Below are positions 10,701 through 17,135 of a stretch of DNA of 44,225 nt, one piece after another. The notes below the pieces were generated by a model. It was not told the DNA's origin, searched no databases, and saw only the letters and a program-made list of their open reading frames with translations. Each line of letters starts with the position of its first letter. Positions within the stretch are counted from its first letter, which is position 1. Source of the stretch: a virus (Duplodnaviria > Heunggongvirae > Uroviricota > Caudoviricetes); the IMG/VR virus record IMGVR_UViG_3300008453_000586; one strand, written 5' to 3'. A program made the position numbers and the translations under genes.

Positions 10701-11072
10701 ATGACTGAATTTGCAAAAAACAACAAAAAGTATGGTAACACTAAACATGTGTTCGTATCAATAGGTACAAATGATGGTTATGTTGTAAACACTTCTAGCA
10801 AGAAAAAAATTAGTGAATTAAACGATTTGATTAAAAAAGTTTACCCTAACGCTAAAAGAATTGTTGTTCCAGGGACTTACGGGTGGGGTAATATTAAAGA
10901 TAAAACAAAACAAGACCAAGACGCTTATTATAAAACTTTTACAGATTTAGGTTTTATTTATCAATACCCTGACGCAAGTGCGTCAGTAAGTACTGATGCA
11001 AAAGCACATGACCCTAAAGGTGATTGGTTTGTTAAATCAGTTAAAAAAATTGTTGAATTAAAAAGTTCATAA
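4710..11072 (+). CDS. Baseplate hub protein (gp27/gpD/VgrG-N-like) fused to a lambda-R-like (GH104-type) muralytic domain and a C-terminal SGNH/GDSL hydrolase
   Basis: Hub end motif EVEMMGNAMIQPMMYFQLDNIPMFHGAYMITRVKHSI..NMSTNFTGVRIR. Lysozyme-fold motifs VVES(catalytic E)NGDYNAYN, AVGKYQLIP, FNAEAQEKAG, LALEFASFP (about 9900-10305) parallel lambda R AAGRYQ/FSPKSQD/IWASLP. SGNH blocks GDS (10590-10598), GTND (10764-10775) and DAKAH (10995-11009). Confidence 0.7.
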   Translation: MENNNTPKIGCSGGNRTKIIDPNDFYGYPSFMNRSVQNEDLNISVKLSTYRKGRTVLSAKDDKGSVQTTNTIRLNFIEGSDINGKKVLTTKYTDLTTVFEQGTINTETLGITNIDINFNSSFAPQITVDFIDVRGSSIFQNESDISNTDVNNPYAAFFQLPYPLFELEIKGYYGQPVTYCLHMIKFTSKFNSQTGNFEIKCDFIGYTYAMLSDMLVGFLKAIPFTKIGAEKFKNYNEGREVPILNLVDLKVKVGQINAAIEKLAVSSNSSKILNSFAEGKEILNSILSEFTTFSIIGLKKNSDDESSYRFIVTNNTDFTSDQKKSYQDLDTNVRGYIKKYNDLNITGLKLNDSDFLPVTYVPDLTIPLLNADSTESINTTITGEELIKFKREALAYVNDYMGFTDTFKFRMYDLRQIIDLLEKEKTKLDSNVEIANKSLANEIKDEITSELGFDPTVRNIIEIFTGLIEVFIETIYDVSQNAENNVDRTAELEKVFSETSKTTKTDITDVQLKGKKYFPWPDYSEYDTKTNTYVEKYLGSNPVIDSKLSINEIKFIEDLLQAFLKANEEENKADALAAGDEINWFPSNPIDTRLFGNQKNPYERSELISLEAVKRLMLIRGMMFLGYTNDEKYLTREEIQTMAKLEANAIASAAQPSLKNVLKNITPDKIKDVTGVINGRARKLVSSTPNGYSYTYLFVGTNPDKEIRVLPISGDFNDKTIGGLVTKTITTANIDQTTYIPDTSIPTVAAPGTVKTTNYSYIVDNGSYENEDTRDLLKELSKSENFLTNYSSVAVTGVQNRKLIDGGIYVRMFTPSEFNTTAQLIDSSVKTDSIINLEQLRKSKISQAGFNCFGGTYGIQEFVNMDYGDNTALKGLPLMYVFYSPDKDYGLSYTRKDSAKHQKLPNNKTLTSIYDFKLNSPSFLASNEFYTGVLTEVKSDSRNDELLLHSGRKNNRELFNNLVNPNTGKYKISYPYIEHGFVYGLISSGTDKDTLSLFGSKWYYLQANSRMKKNNNTFINNISGKYTKALIFLNTLPFNLGDEILDNNPLFPKELRHLFDVRGGFVHTPRLWCAFIGGMLWWMSTEDPIIDGDFITGGGRGKEDPIVWKTTCGNSASPKYDATELNGKYLPRTVGHSNNDIKSTDVLVNLPNQVKEQFKKIFFDFVNGNSEYISFDTLRKNLEIWDENKPVTQFCGFVDLLYNTSNPEDDQARILPSQITNNLINYKNYNIINLSKQTSSLTLFLELNDDSIAVTNLLTALKEEVIIANTGYRIWRGPLTENFGTEGEELKTLRYPIYASNDNYDDYFKTLTNELTTITSGYTTSAEKDAALNEIFNTANLNDIKLMLYRSCKNIYDKWLGGVTNPDNIIFQCGENDINESNRNKTDLAMASRFGRTKARLIDSFRFVNRSFRDIGDELFINPIPLNDKLQDFPNTSAYEIISGLLGDNKFDFIALPTFINFHDDKVLESMFKPISMYENPIKSCGPSFVCVYVGQKSKNLDLKDASTNYTNDGFDIRCDGDNLSSSIPPDYSSPLGNNDGKLYEDALPVFVVRYGQQNQNLFKDITLDQSEFSESEESIKIVQDISMKGSNTNMSVGGQNMYNVYSVRSYNAEVEMMGNAMIQPMMYFQLDNIPMFHGAYMITRVKHSIKPNNMSTNFTGVRIRAAETPIIDVADAYMALIETLNVAGANKAKSGRVGNGTSGMILGKNCGEFKLKKPLVDGAEGFYKTKPIRDLVGVVESNGDYNAYNNGTAGSKGTGNYTPSQMTIGEIKNAQAKTGTDRIFAVGKYQLIPDTFNNMVKALGFTSEQKFNAEAQEKAGEWLILKGAGYRSGLRAYFAKGSLGTEKNLQEAITDLALEFASFPTYFGVSSQEAAARANPIGYNSKTALYGGSAGNAAESKFCAQDVSKALIETWKNLNEGKTPQFDYNKVTAISSQVSAAADNSIKTTSSDKSAAIIMGDSTVGVFSSVPNGLVKNNIEISFNKSGETVKWLVDRMTEFAKNNKKYGNTKHVFVSIGTNDGYVVNTSSKKKISELNDLIKKVYPNAKRIVVPGTYGWGNIKDKTKQDQDAYYKTFTDLGFIYQYPDASASVSTDAKAHDPKGDWFVKSVKKIVELKSS

Positions 11073-11087
11073 ATAAAAAAAAAGTAG

Positions 11088-11095
11088 TATATTTG
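11088..11095 (+). promoter_or_regulatory. Bacteroidota-type -7 promoter element TATATTTG (TAnnTTTG)
   Basis: GTATATTTGCA, identical to the core at 13326-13336; ends 4 nt before the ATG at 11100; no clear TTG -33 element at the expected distance. Confidence 0.5.
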
Positions 11096-11099
11096 CATT

Positions 11100-11729
11100 A
11101 TGAAAATTGCGAATATAGTAACAAACAACAAAATCAACGTCTCAGAAGACTTTAATGTGGTTAAATCCATGGATGAAATAATCCATGGATTACCAACGTT
11201 GATTATTAGTTTTACTTATGTAAACAAACACTACCCAGATTTCGATGTTATGGAAATGCATATTAAAGACAACTTGTATTGGACATGTACACCAACCGAA
11301 GGTCGAGATAAATTTAGAGAAGATGTGTTTCATTTTGTATACATGGTTTACAAAGATTTGTTCGAAAAAATATCATATGTGTTCGTAGACCCAATACAAT
11401 ATAAACCAAGAGTTTTGGTTAAAATACTAAAAAAAATTTATTCTTTAGAAAATAAAATAACCTACATAAATGGTAAAATGATATACATATATGGTGATAA
11501 TTTTATATTTGGGGTTGATTTGAAATTATTAGATTATATTGGTATGGATATTGAAAAAATAAAAACTAAAATAATCTCTTTGAGCTCAGTGTTTTTGGTA
11601 CATGAGGATATATTTATAGAATATAAAAATACGATAGAGGATTTCGATAATCAGTATCGATTTATACCTTATTTATATTCTATTAAACATGGACAGAACA
11701 ATATTACTAGCGTCATTCATATTTCCTGA
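11100..11729 (+). CDS. Hypothetical protein (209 aa)
   Basis: Fills the gap co-directionally, has its own promoter-like element and a globular composition; no recognisable motif. Confidence 0.8.
   Translation: MKIANIVTNNKINVSEDFNVVKSMDEIIHGLPTLIISFTYVNKHYPDFDVMEMHIKDNLYWTCTPTEGRDKFREDVFHFVYMVYKDLFEKISYVFVDPIQYKPRVLVKILKKIYSLENKITYINGKMIYIYGDNFIFGVDLKLLDYIGMDIEKIKTKIISLSSVFLVHEDIFIEYKNTIEDFDNQYRFIPYLYSIKHGQNNITSVIHIS
11611..11618 (+). promoter_or_regulatory. Possible late-promoter motif TATTTATA embedded in the 3' end of the 209-aa gene
   Basis: Exact motif 70 nt upstream of the next ATG (11689); intragenic, so a chance match is possible in AT-rich DNA. Confidence 0.3.
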
Positions 11730-12090
11730 AAGGGTTGAATGGTTCCTTAGCTATTTAAAAAACAAATTTAACATCGAAAAAGAAAAAGTTTTCTGTTTCG
11801 AAAACCTTGATGATGAATCAAAGGTTATCATCACTTTTAGGTTAACCATTGAGGATGGCAAACCTTTGAACCTTAAAAATTTATTCCCTAACGCTATAAT
11901 TATACACAAAAAGGGTAATGCTTTATACACCATAAACGCGTTAAACAAACTTATTGAAGAAATATATCCAGATTCAATAGGGAATATGGATAATAAGAAC
12001 ATTAAACTAGATTGGTCCGAATATCAAAATAAATTCATATTAATAAACGATAATAAACTATGTCTTTTTAATATAAACAGAGTTTTTTAA
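11689..12090 (+). CDS. Hypothetical protein (133 aa)
   Basis: Co-directional ORF overlapping the previous gene by 41 nt; globular composition; no recognisable family. Confidence 0.75.
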   Translation: MDRTILLASFIFPERVEWFLSYLKNKFNIEKEKVFCFENLDDESKVIITFRLTIEDGKPLNLKNLFPNAIIIHKKGNALYTINALNKLIEEIYPDSIGNMDNKNIKLDWSEYQNKFILINDNKLCLFNINRVF

Positions 12091-12101
12091 TGATTTTTAG
12101 A

Positions 12102-12109
12102 TATTTATA
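12102..12109 (+). promoter_or_regulatory. Putative late-promoter motif (GA)TATTTATA
   Basis: Intergenic exact motif upstream of the 66-aa/267-aa gene pair. Confidence 0.5.
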
Positions 12110-12142
12110 TTAAAACATAAAATATATTTAATAATAGTAATT

Positions 12143-12343
12143 ATGGAACAATCAAAAAATACACAACAAATAAAAAAATCTGATGAGCTTAACGATGCTT
12201 TGAAAGGTTTCCTTAACACTGAAAACCAAGACCCAAATTTAGATTGTAGTTCTGGTGTATGTGTAATCAAAGGCGATAAAAGTATTCTAGAAAGAATCAA
12301 CAAAAAAATCATAACAGAAGACGGTAGACAATTATTATTCTAA
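12143..12343 (+). CDS. Small hypothetical protein (66 aa)
   Basis: A-rich leader, TAATG coupling to the next gene, C-terminal IITEDGRQLL motif. Confidence 0.7.
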   Translation: MEQSKNTQQIKKSDELNDALKGFLNTENQDPNLDCSSGVCVIKGDKSILERINKKIITEDGRQLLF

Positions 12344-13146
12344 TGAAAAAAACTAAGTTAAACCCTGAATTACTTAACGAAGAACTAAAAAGATTCAGAC
12401 TATTGAATGAATATAGTTTTTATACTGAGAAAGAAACATCTGATTACGAAAAACCACTTATACTAGGAACAGATTTAGAGGAAGCTGATGAAGACCCTAA
12501 CGCTTCAGACCCTAATCAAGATGCTGCCGAAGGTGGTGATGTTAATGATATGGGTGGAGAAGCTGGTCTTTCAGATGAAACACCAGCAGATGCAGAGGCG
12601 CCAGCAGATGAAATGCCAGCTGAAGATGATTTAGACTTTGGTGTTGGTGGTGATGAAACACCAGCAGAACCAAATGCTGAAGCTATGCCAGTCGAACCAG
12701 CAGCAGAAGAACCAGTTGATGATTCAGTTGAAATTGATGTTTCAGAACTTGTAAAAGGTTCTGAAGAAGCAAAAGAAGCCGCTGAGAAAGCTGAAAAAGA
12801 ATCTACCAAGGTAGCAAACATTTTGATGAATAAATTGTCTGATTTGGAAGCTAAATTAGCTAGAATGGATGCTGTTACAGCTAAAATAGATGGTTTGGAA
12901 AAAGAAATAATCAAAAGAAACCCAACACCAGTTGAAAAACTAGAAATGCGTTCATTGAGTTCTTATCCATATTCTCAAAAGTTAACTGATTATTGGAGTG
13001 ATAAAGAAGGTGCTTATGATGTAATGCATAAAGACGATAAACCAAAAGAATACGTGTTAACAAAAGACGACATAGATTCAACCTACAGTGATTCATCGAT
13101 AAGAGATAGTTTTGATGTTGACGATTACGAAGAAGAAGATATTTAA
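12343..13146 (+). CDS. Acidic protein with disordered Pro/Ala/Glu linker and coiled coil; possible scaffold or internal head protein
   Basis: N-terminal LLNEELKRFRLLNEY, acidic linker with DETPA/DEMPA repeats, heptad coiled coil (EEAKEAAEKAEKE...LEAKLARMDAVTAKIDGLEKEI); followed by a terminator. Function is inferred only. Confidence 0.55.
   Translation: MKKTKLNPELLNEELKRFRLLNEYSFYTEKETSDYEKPLILGTDLEEADEDPNASDPNQDAAEGGDVNDMGGEAGLSDETPADAEAPADEMPAEDDLDFGVGGDETPAEPNAEAMPVEPAAEEPVDDSVEIDVSELVKGSEEAKEAAEKAEKESTKVANILMNKLSDLEAKLARMDAVTAKIDGLEKEIIKRNPTPVEKLEMRSLSSYPYSQKLTDYWSDKEGAYDVMHKDDKPKEYVLTKDDIDSTYSDSSIRDSFDVDDYEEEDI
12574..12668 (+). repeat. 17-bp direct repeat GATGAAACACCAGCAGA (12574-12590 and 12652-12668) inside the acidic linker
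   Basis: Two exact copies plus a degenerate copy GATGAAATGCCAGC at 12607; encode DETPA/DEMPA. Confidence 0.7.
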
Positions 13147-13166
13147 CCAAATAAAAATACATTAAG

Positions 13167-13188
13167 AGCCCCTATAGGGGCTTTTTTT
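13167..13188 (+). terminator. Rho-independent terminator
   Basis: Perfect stem AGCCCC-TATA-GGGGCT followed by a T-tract, 20 nt after the 267-aa stop. Confidence 0.9.
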
Positions 13189-13214
13189 ATTTTTAAAAAT
13201 ATTCACAAAAAATA

Positions 13215-13245
13215 TTGCAAATTATCAAAAACATTCGTATATTTG
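13215..13245 (+). promoter_or_regulatory. Bacteroidota sigma70-type promoter P1 (TTG-N20-TATATTTG)
   Basis: TTG at 13215-13217, TATATTTG at 13238-13245, 20-nt spacer; matches the established -33/-7 consensus. Confidence 0.75.
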
Positions 13246-13303
13246 TAAAAATAGTTTTAGAAAAAACTTAAACTATTGGTAAAAAAAAATACTATTTGAA
13301 ATA

Positions 13304-13334
13304 TTGACTTTTGATAATTTAATTAGTATATTTG
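13304..13334 (+). promoter_or_regulatory. Bacteroidota sigma70-type promoter P2 (TTG-N20-TATATTTG)
   Basis: TTG at 13304-13306, TATATTTG at 13327-13334, same 20-nt spacer as P1; directly upstream of the SSB gene. Confidence 0.8.
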
Positions 13335-13383
13335 CATAACTTACAAACGAAGAAAATAACGTAAATATATATAAATTTTAAAA

Positions 13384-14280
13384 ATGAGTGAACAAAAAAA
13401 TGCCTTAGCTGAAATGTTGGCACAGTACGAAAAGAACAATGCTCCTAAGTACGAAAAAACAGAAGCAAAAACTTACGATTTGAAAAACTACTTTAACACT
13501 TTCTTAGAAAAAGGAGTTAAAACTGGTACAAAAACAATTCGTATATTACCAGCTACCAATGGAGGAACACCTTTCGTTGAAATGCACGCACACAAAGTAT
13601 TAGTAGATGGAGAATGGAAAACTTATCCTTGTTTGAAACACGAAAAAGGTGAAGACTGTCCTTTCTGCGAAGCTAGAGCTGCATTACAAGCGACTGGAAA
13701 AGAATCTGACAAAGAGTTAGCTAAAAAATTTAACGCACGTTTGATGTATGTTGTTAAAGTTATCGACAGAGACAACGAAGCAGATGGTGTTAAATTCTGG
13801 AGATTTAACCACGATTTCCGTAAAGAAGGGGTTTACGACAAAATCTTTGCAGCATGGAGTGCTTTGAAAAAAGACATTACAGACCCAGAGACTGGTCGTG
13901 ACTTAGTAATCACACTTAACAGAAACCAAAATGACGTTCCAGTAGTATCTGGTATCCAAGCTTTGGACCCAAGTCCACTGTCAGAAAACGCAGCACAAAT
14001 GGCTGAGTGGTCTTCTGACGAAAGAACATGGGAAGACGTATATTCTGTTAGAAATTACGACTACTTGTATTTAATCGTAAAAGGTGAAACACCAGTATGG
14101 GACAAAGACGAAAAACGTTGGGTTGCTAAAGACGCTGCTAAAGCTGACGAGAACGCAAAATTAGAGTCTGAATTAACTATAGGTGTGGAAAACGTAAAAT
14201 CTACTATGAAAGCAGCTGAACCAGTTGCTGAAGAAGTTAGCGTTACCTCTGAGGAAGACGAAGACGATTTACCGTTCTAA
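13384..14280 (+). CDS. ssb: T4 gp32-like single-stranded DNA-binding protein
   Basis: IRILP...PFVE..H motif; Zn site H-x12-C-x8-C-x2-C (HKVLVDGEWKTYPCLKHEKGEDCPFC) versus T4 gp32 H64/C77/C87/C90; acidic C-terminus EEDEDDLPF. Confidence 0.88.
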   Translation: MSEQKNALAEMLAQYEKNNAPKYEKTEAKTYDLKNYFNTFLEKGVKTGTKTIRILPATNGGTPFVEMHAHKVLVDGEWKTYPCLKHEKGEDCPFCEARAALQATGKESDKELAKKFNARLMYVVKVIDRDNEADGVKFWRFNHDFRKEGVYDKIFAAWSALKKDITDPETGRDLVITLNRNQNDVPVVSGIQALDPSPLSENAAQMAEWSSDERTWEDVYSVRNYDYLYLIVKGETPVWDKDEKRWVAKDAAKADENAKLESELTIGVENVKSTMKAAEPVAEEVSVTSEEDEDDLPF

Positions 14281-14300
14281 TATTGAATGGTTAAACCAAC

Positions 14301-14329
14301 AAAAAGGAGTGAGAAATTGCTCCTTTTTT
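14301..14329 (+). terminator. Rho-independent (possibly bidirectional) terminator with GAAA tetraloop
   Basis: AAAAAGGAGTGA-GAAA-TTGCTCCTTTTTT; stem has two G-U pairs; flanked by A5 and T6. Confidence 0.8.
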
Positions 14330-14365
14330 GTTCTAAAATAACAAGATTATAAATTAAACAAAAAA

Positions 14366-15475
14366 ATGAGTAAAAAACCAGAAAAGAAACCAATCGAAAA
14401 AAAACCATTTAGCAATAAGTCTGTAAAAGCCGCGTTAGGTTTAGGCAAACAAAATGTTAAAGAAAAAGAAATGAGTTGGATTCCTTTCAAAAAAGCTTTT
14501 CACGATGCTGTTGGGTTGCCTGGGGTTCCGAGAGGTTATACCTCTCAATTTAGAGGATTCTCTGACGTAGGTAAATCAACGGGTATCTATGAAACTATTG
14601 CTGGTGCACAACTACTAGGTGATTACATTGTAATATTTGACACCGAAGGTAGTTTTAACTGGGAACACGCTAGATTAGTAGGTTTCAAATATGAAGAAAC
14701 TGTAGACGAGGAAACTGGTCTTATCAACTACGAAGGCGAAGATTTTATTTATCTAGGTGGTCAAGATTTAGTAGACTTATACGCTAATTTTGACTACAAA
14801 TCTGGTAAAATGACACAATCACCACAAAGATTTATCCCAGTTGTTGAGGATATTGCTAGAGCCATGAACGAATTGATGGACCAACAATCTAGAGGTGAAC
14901 TAAACATGAACATTACATTCGTTTGGGATTCAATTGGTTCAATTGGATGTTACGAAGGTGCTGTTTCAAACACAAACAACAACCAATGGACCGCTGGAGC
15001 CTTGAAAAGAAGTTTCGAAAGTATTCTTAACTTTAGAATCCCAGCATCAAGAAGAGAAACGTCACCGTTTATCAACACATTTGTTACAGTACAAAAGATT
15101 TGGTTAAGACCAAACGCTGTGGGGCAACCAACTGTAATGCACAATGGTGGTGAAGGTTTCAAATATGGTGTTAGATTGATTTTCCACATGGGTGGTATGT
15201 CTACATCATCAGCTAAAAAACTGGAAGCTGTTAACTCTGGTAGAAATTACCAATTTGGTGTTATGACTGATATCAAATGTGTTAAAAACCACGTTAACGG
15301 AATCGAACAAATGGGTTCTATTTGTTCAACACCACATGGGTTTGTTAATCCAGCTGAAAAAAATGATTATGTTAAATCTCAAAAAGATTTCATAAACGAA
15401 AAGTTAGGTACTACTTTTGAAGATTTCGCAGTTAAAGAAATTGAACTAGAATCAGATGCCTACGAAAAACAATAG
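14366..15475 (+). CDS. recA: RecA/UvsX-like recombinase
   Basis: Walker A GFSDVGKST, catalytic Glu in FDTEGS, Walker B FVWDSIG, GG-x-G-x-K-Y motif (NGGEGFKY), C-terminal VKNHV strand. Confidence 0.9.
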   Translation: MSKKPEKKPIEKKPFSNKSVKAALGLGKQNVKEKEMSWIPFKKAFHDAVGLPGVPRGYTSQFRGFSDVGKSTGIYETIAGAQLLGDYIVIFDTEGSFNWEHARLVGFKYEETVDEETGLINYEGEDFIYLGGQDLVDLYANFDYKSGKMTQSPQRFIPVVEDIARAMNELMDQQSRGELNMNITFVWDSIGSIGCYEGAVSNTNNNQWTAGALKRSFESILNFRIPASRRETSPFINTFVTVQKIWLRPNAVGQPTVMHNGGEGFKYGVRLIFHMGGMSTSSAKKLEAVNSGRNYQFGVMTDIKCVKNHVNGIEQMGSICSTPHGFVNPAEKNDYVKSQKDFINEKLGTTFEDFAVKEIELESDAYEKQ

Positions 15476-15498
15476 TATTAACCTTTAAAAAGTTCATA

Positions 15499-16551
15499 AT
15501 GAACAAAAGACCACCAAGAACTGGTGAAATAGTTAAAAAAACACAAAATACTCTATTGGTTGACGGAAACGCCCTGTTTAAAACAGGGTTTTTCGGAGCC
15601 AAAGACTCATACAACATTCACGGCCAACACATAGGTGGTTTATTTCAATTCATGACAACACTTAGAATGTTGTTAACTGAAGATTTATACCATAGAGTCT
15701 ATGTATTTTGGGATGGAAATTTTAGTGGTAAACTAAGATATGAAATTTATCATCCATATAAGAGCGATAGAGGCAAAGATTACATCAATGGGACACATCC
15801 TATAGATGAATCTGAATTAACGCAAAGAGAGCGCGCTTATGAGTATCTAGACGAGTTATATGTTAGACAACTAAGACACGAAATTATTGAAAGTGATGAT
15901 TTCATCGCTTATTATTGTCTAAACAAAAAAGAAAACGAGAAAATAACTATTTGCACAAACGATAGTGACATGGCTCAATTGATTGACGATAATGTTAGAA
16001 TTTATTTTTTAAATTTAAAACAATATGTTGATAAATCCAATTTTTCTTCGTATTTTTGCTATTATTACGAAAACGCTGCGTTGGTCAAATTAATGACTGG
16101 TGATACAGCCGATAGTATAAAAGGTATTCGAGGGGTAGGGACCAAAACGTTAGTCAATCTATTTCCAGAATTGAGTGAAAGAAAAGTAAGTTTAACCGAA
16201 ATTTTAGAAAAAGCAGAACAACTACAAGAACAAAGAAAAACAAAAAAACAGAAACCGCTTGTCGCACTAGACAACATTATTAACCGAGTAACTGATGGAG
16301 TTCAAGGAGAAAACATCTACGAAATAAACTACGCTCTGGTTAATCTAAAACAACCCATGATGACCGAAGACGGTATTGAGGAATTACATAATCTAATGGA
16401 AGGCACGTTACACGAACCAGTTAGAGATATCCAAAAAGTATTCAAATACATAAACGAGGATGGGTTAAGAATAACTATTGGTGAAAGCAGATATGAAGAT
16501 TATCTAACACCATTTAAACAACTAAAACAAAGAGAAGATTTAATATTTTAA
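15499..16551 (+). CDS. 5'-3' exonuclease / flap endonuclease (T4 RNase H or Pol I 5' domain-like)
   Basis: LLVDGN, VFWDG, YK..R, ESDD, TNDSDM and helix-hairpin-helix GDTADSIKGIRGVGTKT motifs. Confidence 0.92.
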   Translation: MNKRPPRTGEIVKKTQNTLLVDGNALFKTGFFGAKDSYNIHGQHIGGLFQFMTTLRMLLTEDLYHRVYVFWDGNFSGKLRYEIYHPYKSDRGKDYINGTHPIDESELTQRERAYEYLDELYVRQLRHEIIESDDFIAYYCLNKKENEKITICTNDSDMAQLIDDNVRIYFLNLKQYVDKSNFSSYFCYYYENAALVKLMTGDTADSIKGIRGVGTKTLVNLFPELSERKVSLTEILEKAEQLQEQRKTKKQKPLVALDNIINRVTDGVQGENIYEINYALVNLKQPMMTEDGIEELHNLMEGTLHEPVRDIQKVFKYINEDGLRITIGESRYEDYLTPFKQLKQREDLIF

Positions 16552-16554
16552 AAA

Positions 16555-17070
16555 ATGAGTGAATACATTAAAAATGAAGAATTGAGATTTCAATTCGTAC
16601 TTTACATTAACGAAAACATTATATGTCAACGTTACTTCAACATCTATGACTTCAATGAAGATTCATTGAAATCTATAGAATTAAAAGACCTTATGAACGC
16701 CATAACTGGTGTTAATAATGGCGATTTCAGCTCTCAAGGTATCATACCTAAACACTTGAAGCGAAAATCAATAACCTATTTATGGGATACTTACAACCCT
16801 TATTTCTTACAAAACGAAGATTCGGCTAGAAATGGTTCTGACAAGAAAGATAATTTCCAATTTGAAATTAAAGTGGATGAACGTACTGTCGCTAAATCTG
16901 AATTTAGTGGAAATCTATTTCAACCAAAAATTAGATATGCGGTTGATGTTAGAGAAATAATTCCAGAGATTATGAGTGAAATTAGACAATATTTAAGTCT
17001 AAAAAAATACACAATTGACAGCAAAACAAAGGCTTGGGAAGAATCTCAAAAAGAATTTTTGATAAAGTAG
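16555..17070 (+). CDS. Hypothetical protein (171 aa) in the replication operon
   Basis: Starts 3 nt after the exonuclease stop; globular composition; no recognisable motif. Confidence 0.8.
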   Translation: MSEYIKNEELRFQFVLYINENIICQRYFNIYDFNEDSLKSIELKDLMNAITGVNNGDFSSQGIIPKHLKRKSITYLWDTYNPYFLQNEDSARNGSDKKDNFQFEIKVDERTVAKSEFSGNLFQPKIRYAVDVREIIPEIMSEIRQYLSLKKYTIDSKTKAWEESQKEFLIK

Positions 17071-17090
17071 TAGTTGATACTACTTTATCA
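17060..17090. other. Perfect 13-bp inverted repeat (hairpin) overlapping the 171-aa stop codon
   Basis: TGATAAAGTAGTA-GTTGA-TACTACTTTATCA; no long T-tract follows, but TATTTAT begins immediately at 17091. Confidence 0.85.
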
Positions 17091-17135
17091 TATTTATTAT
17101 TAACAAAGTTTTTAAAAATAAGATAAGGGGAAAAA

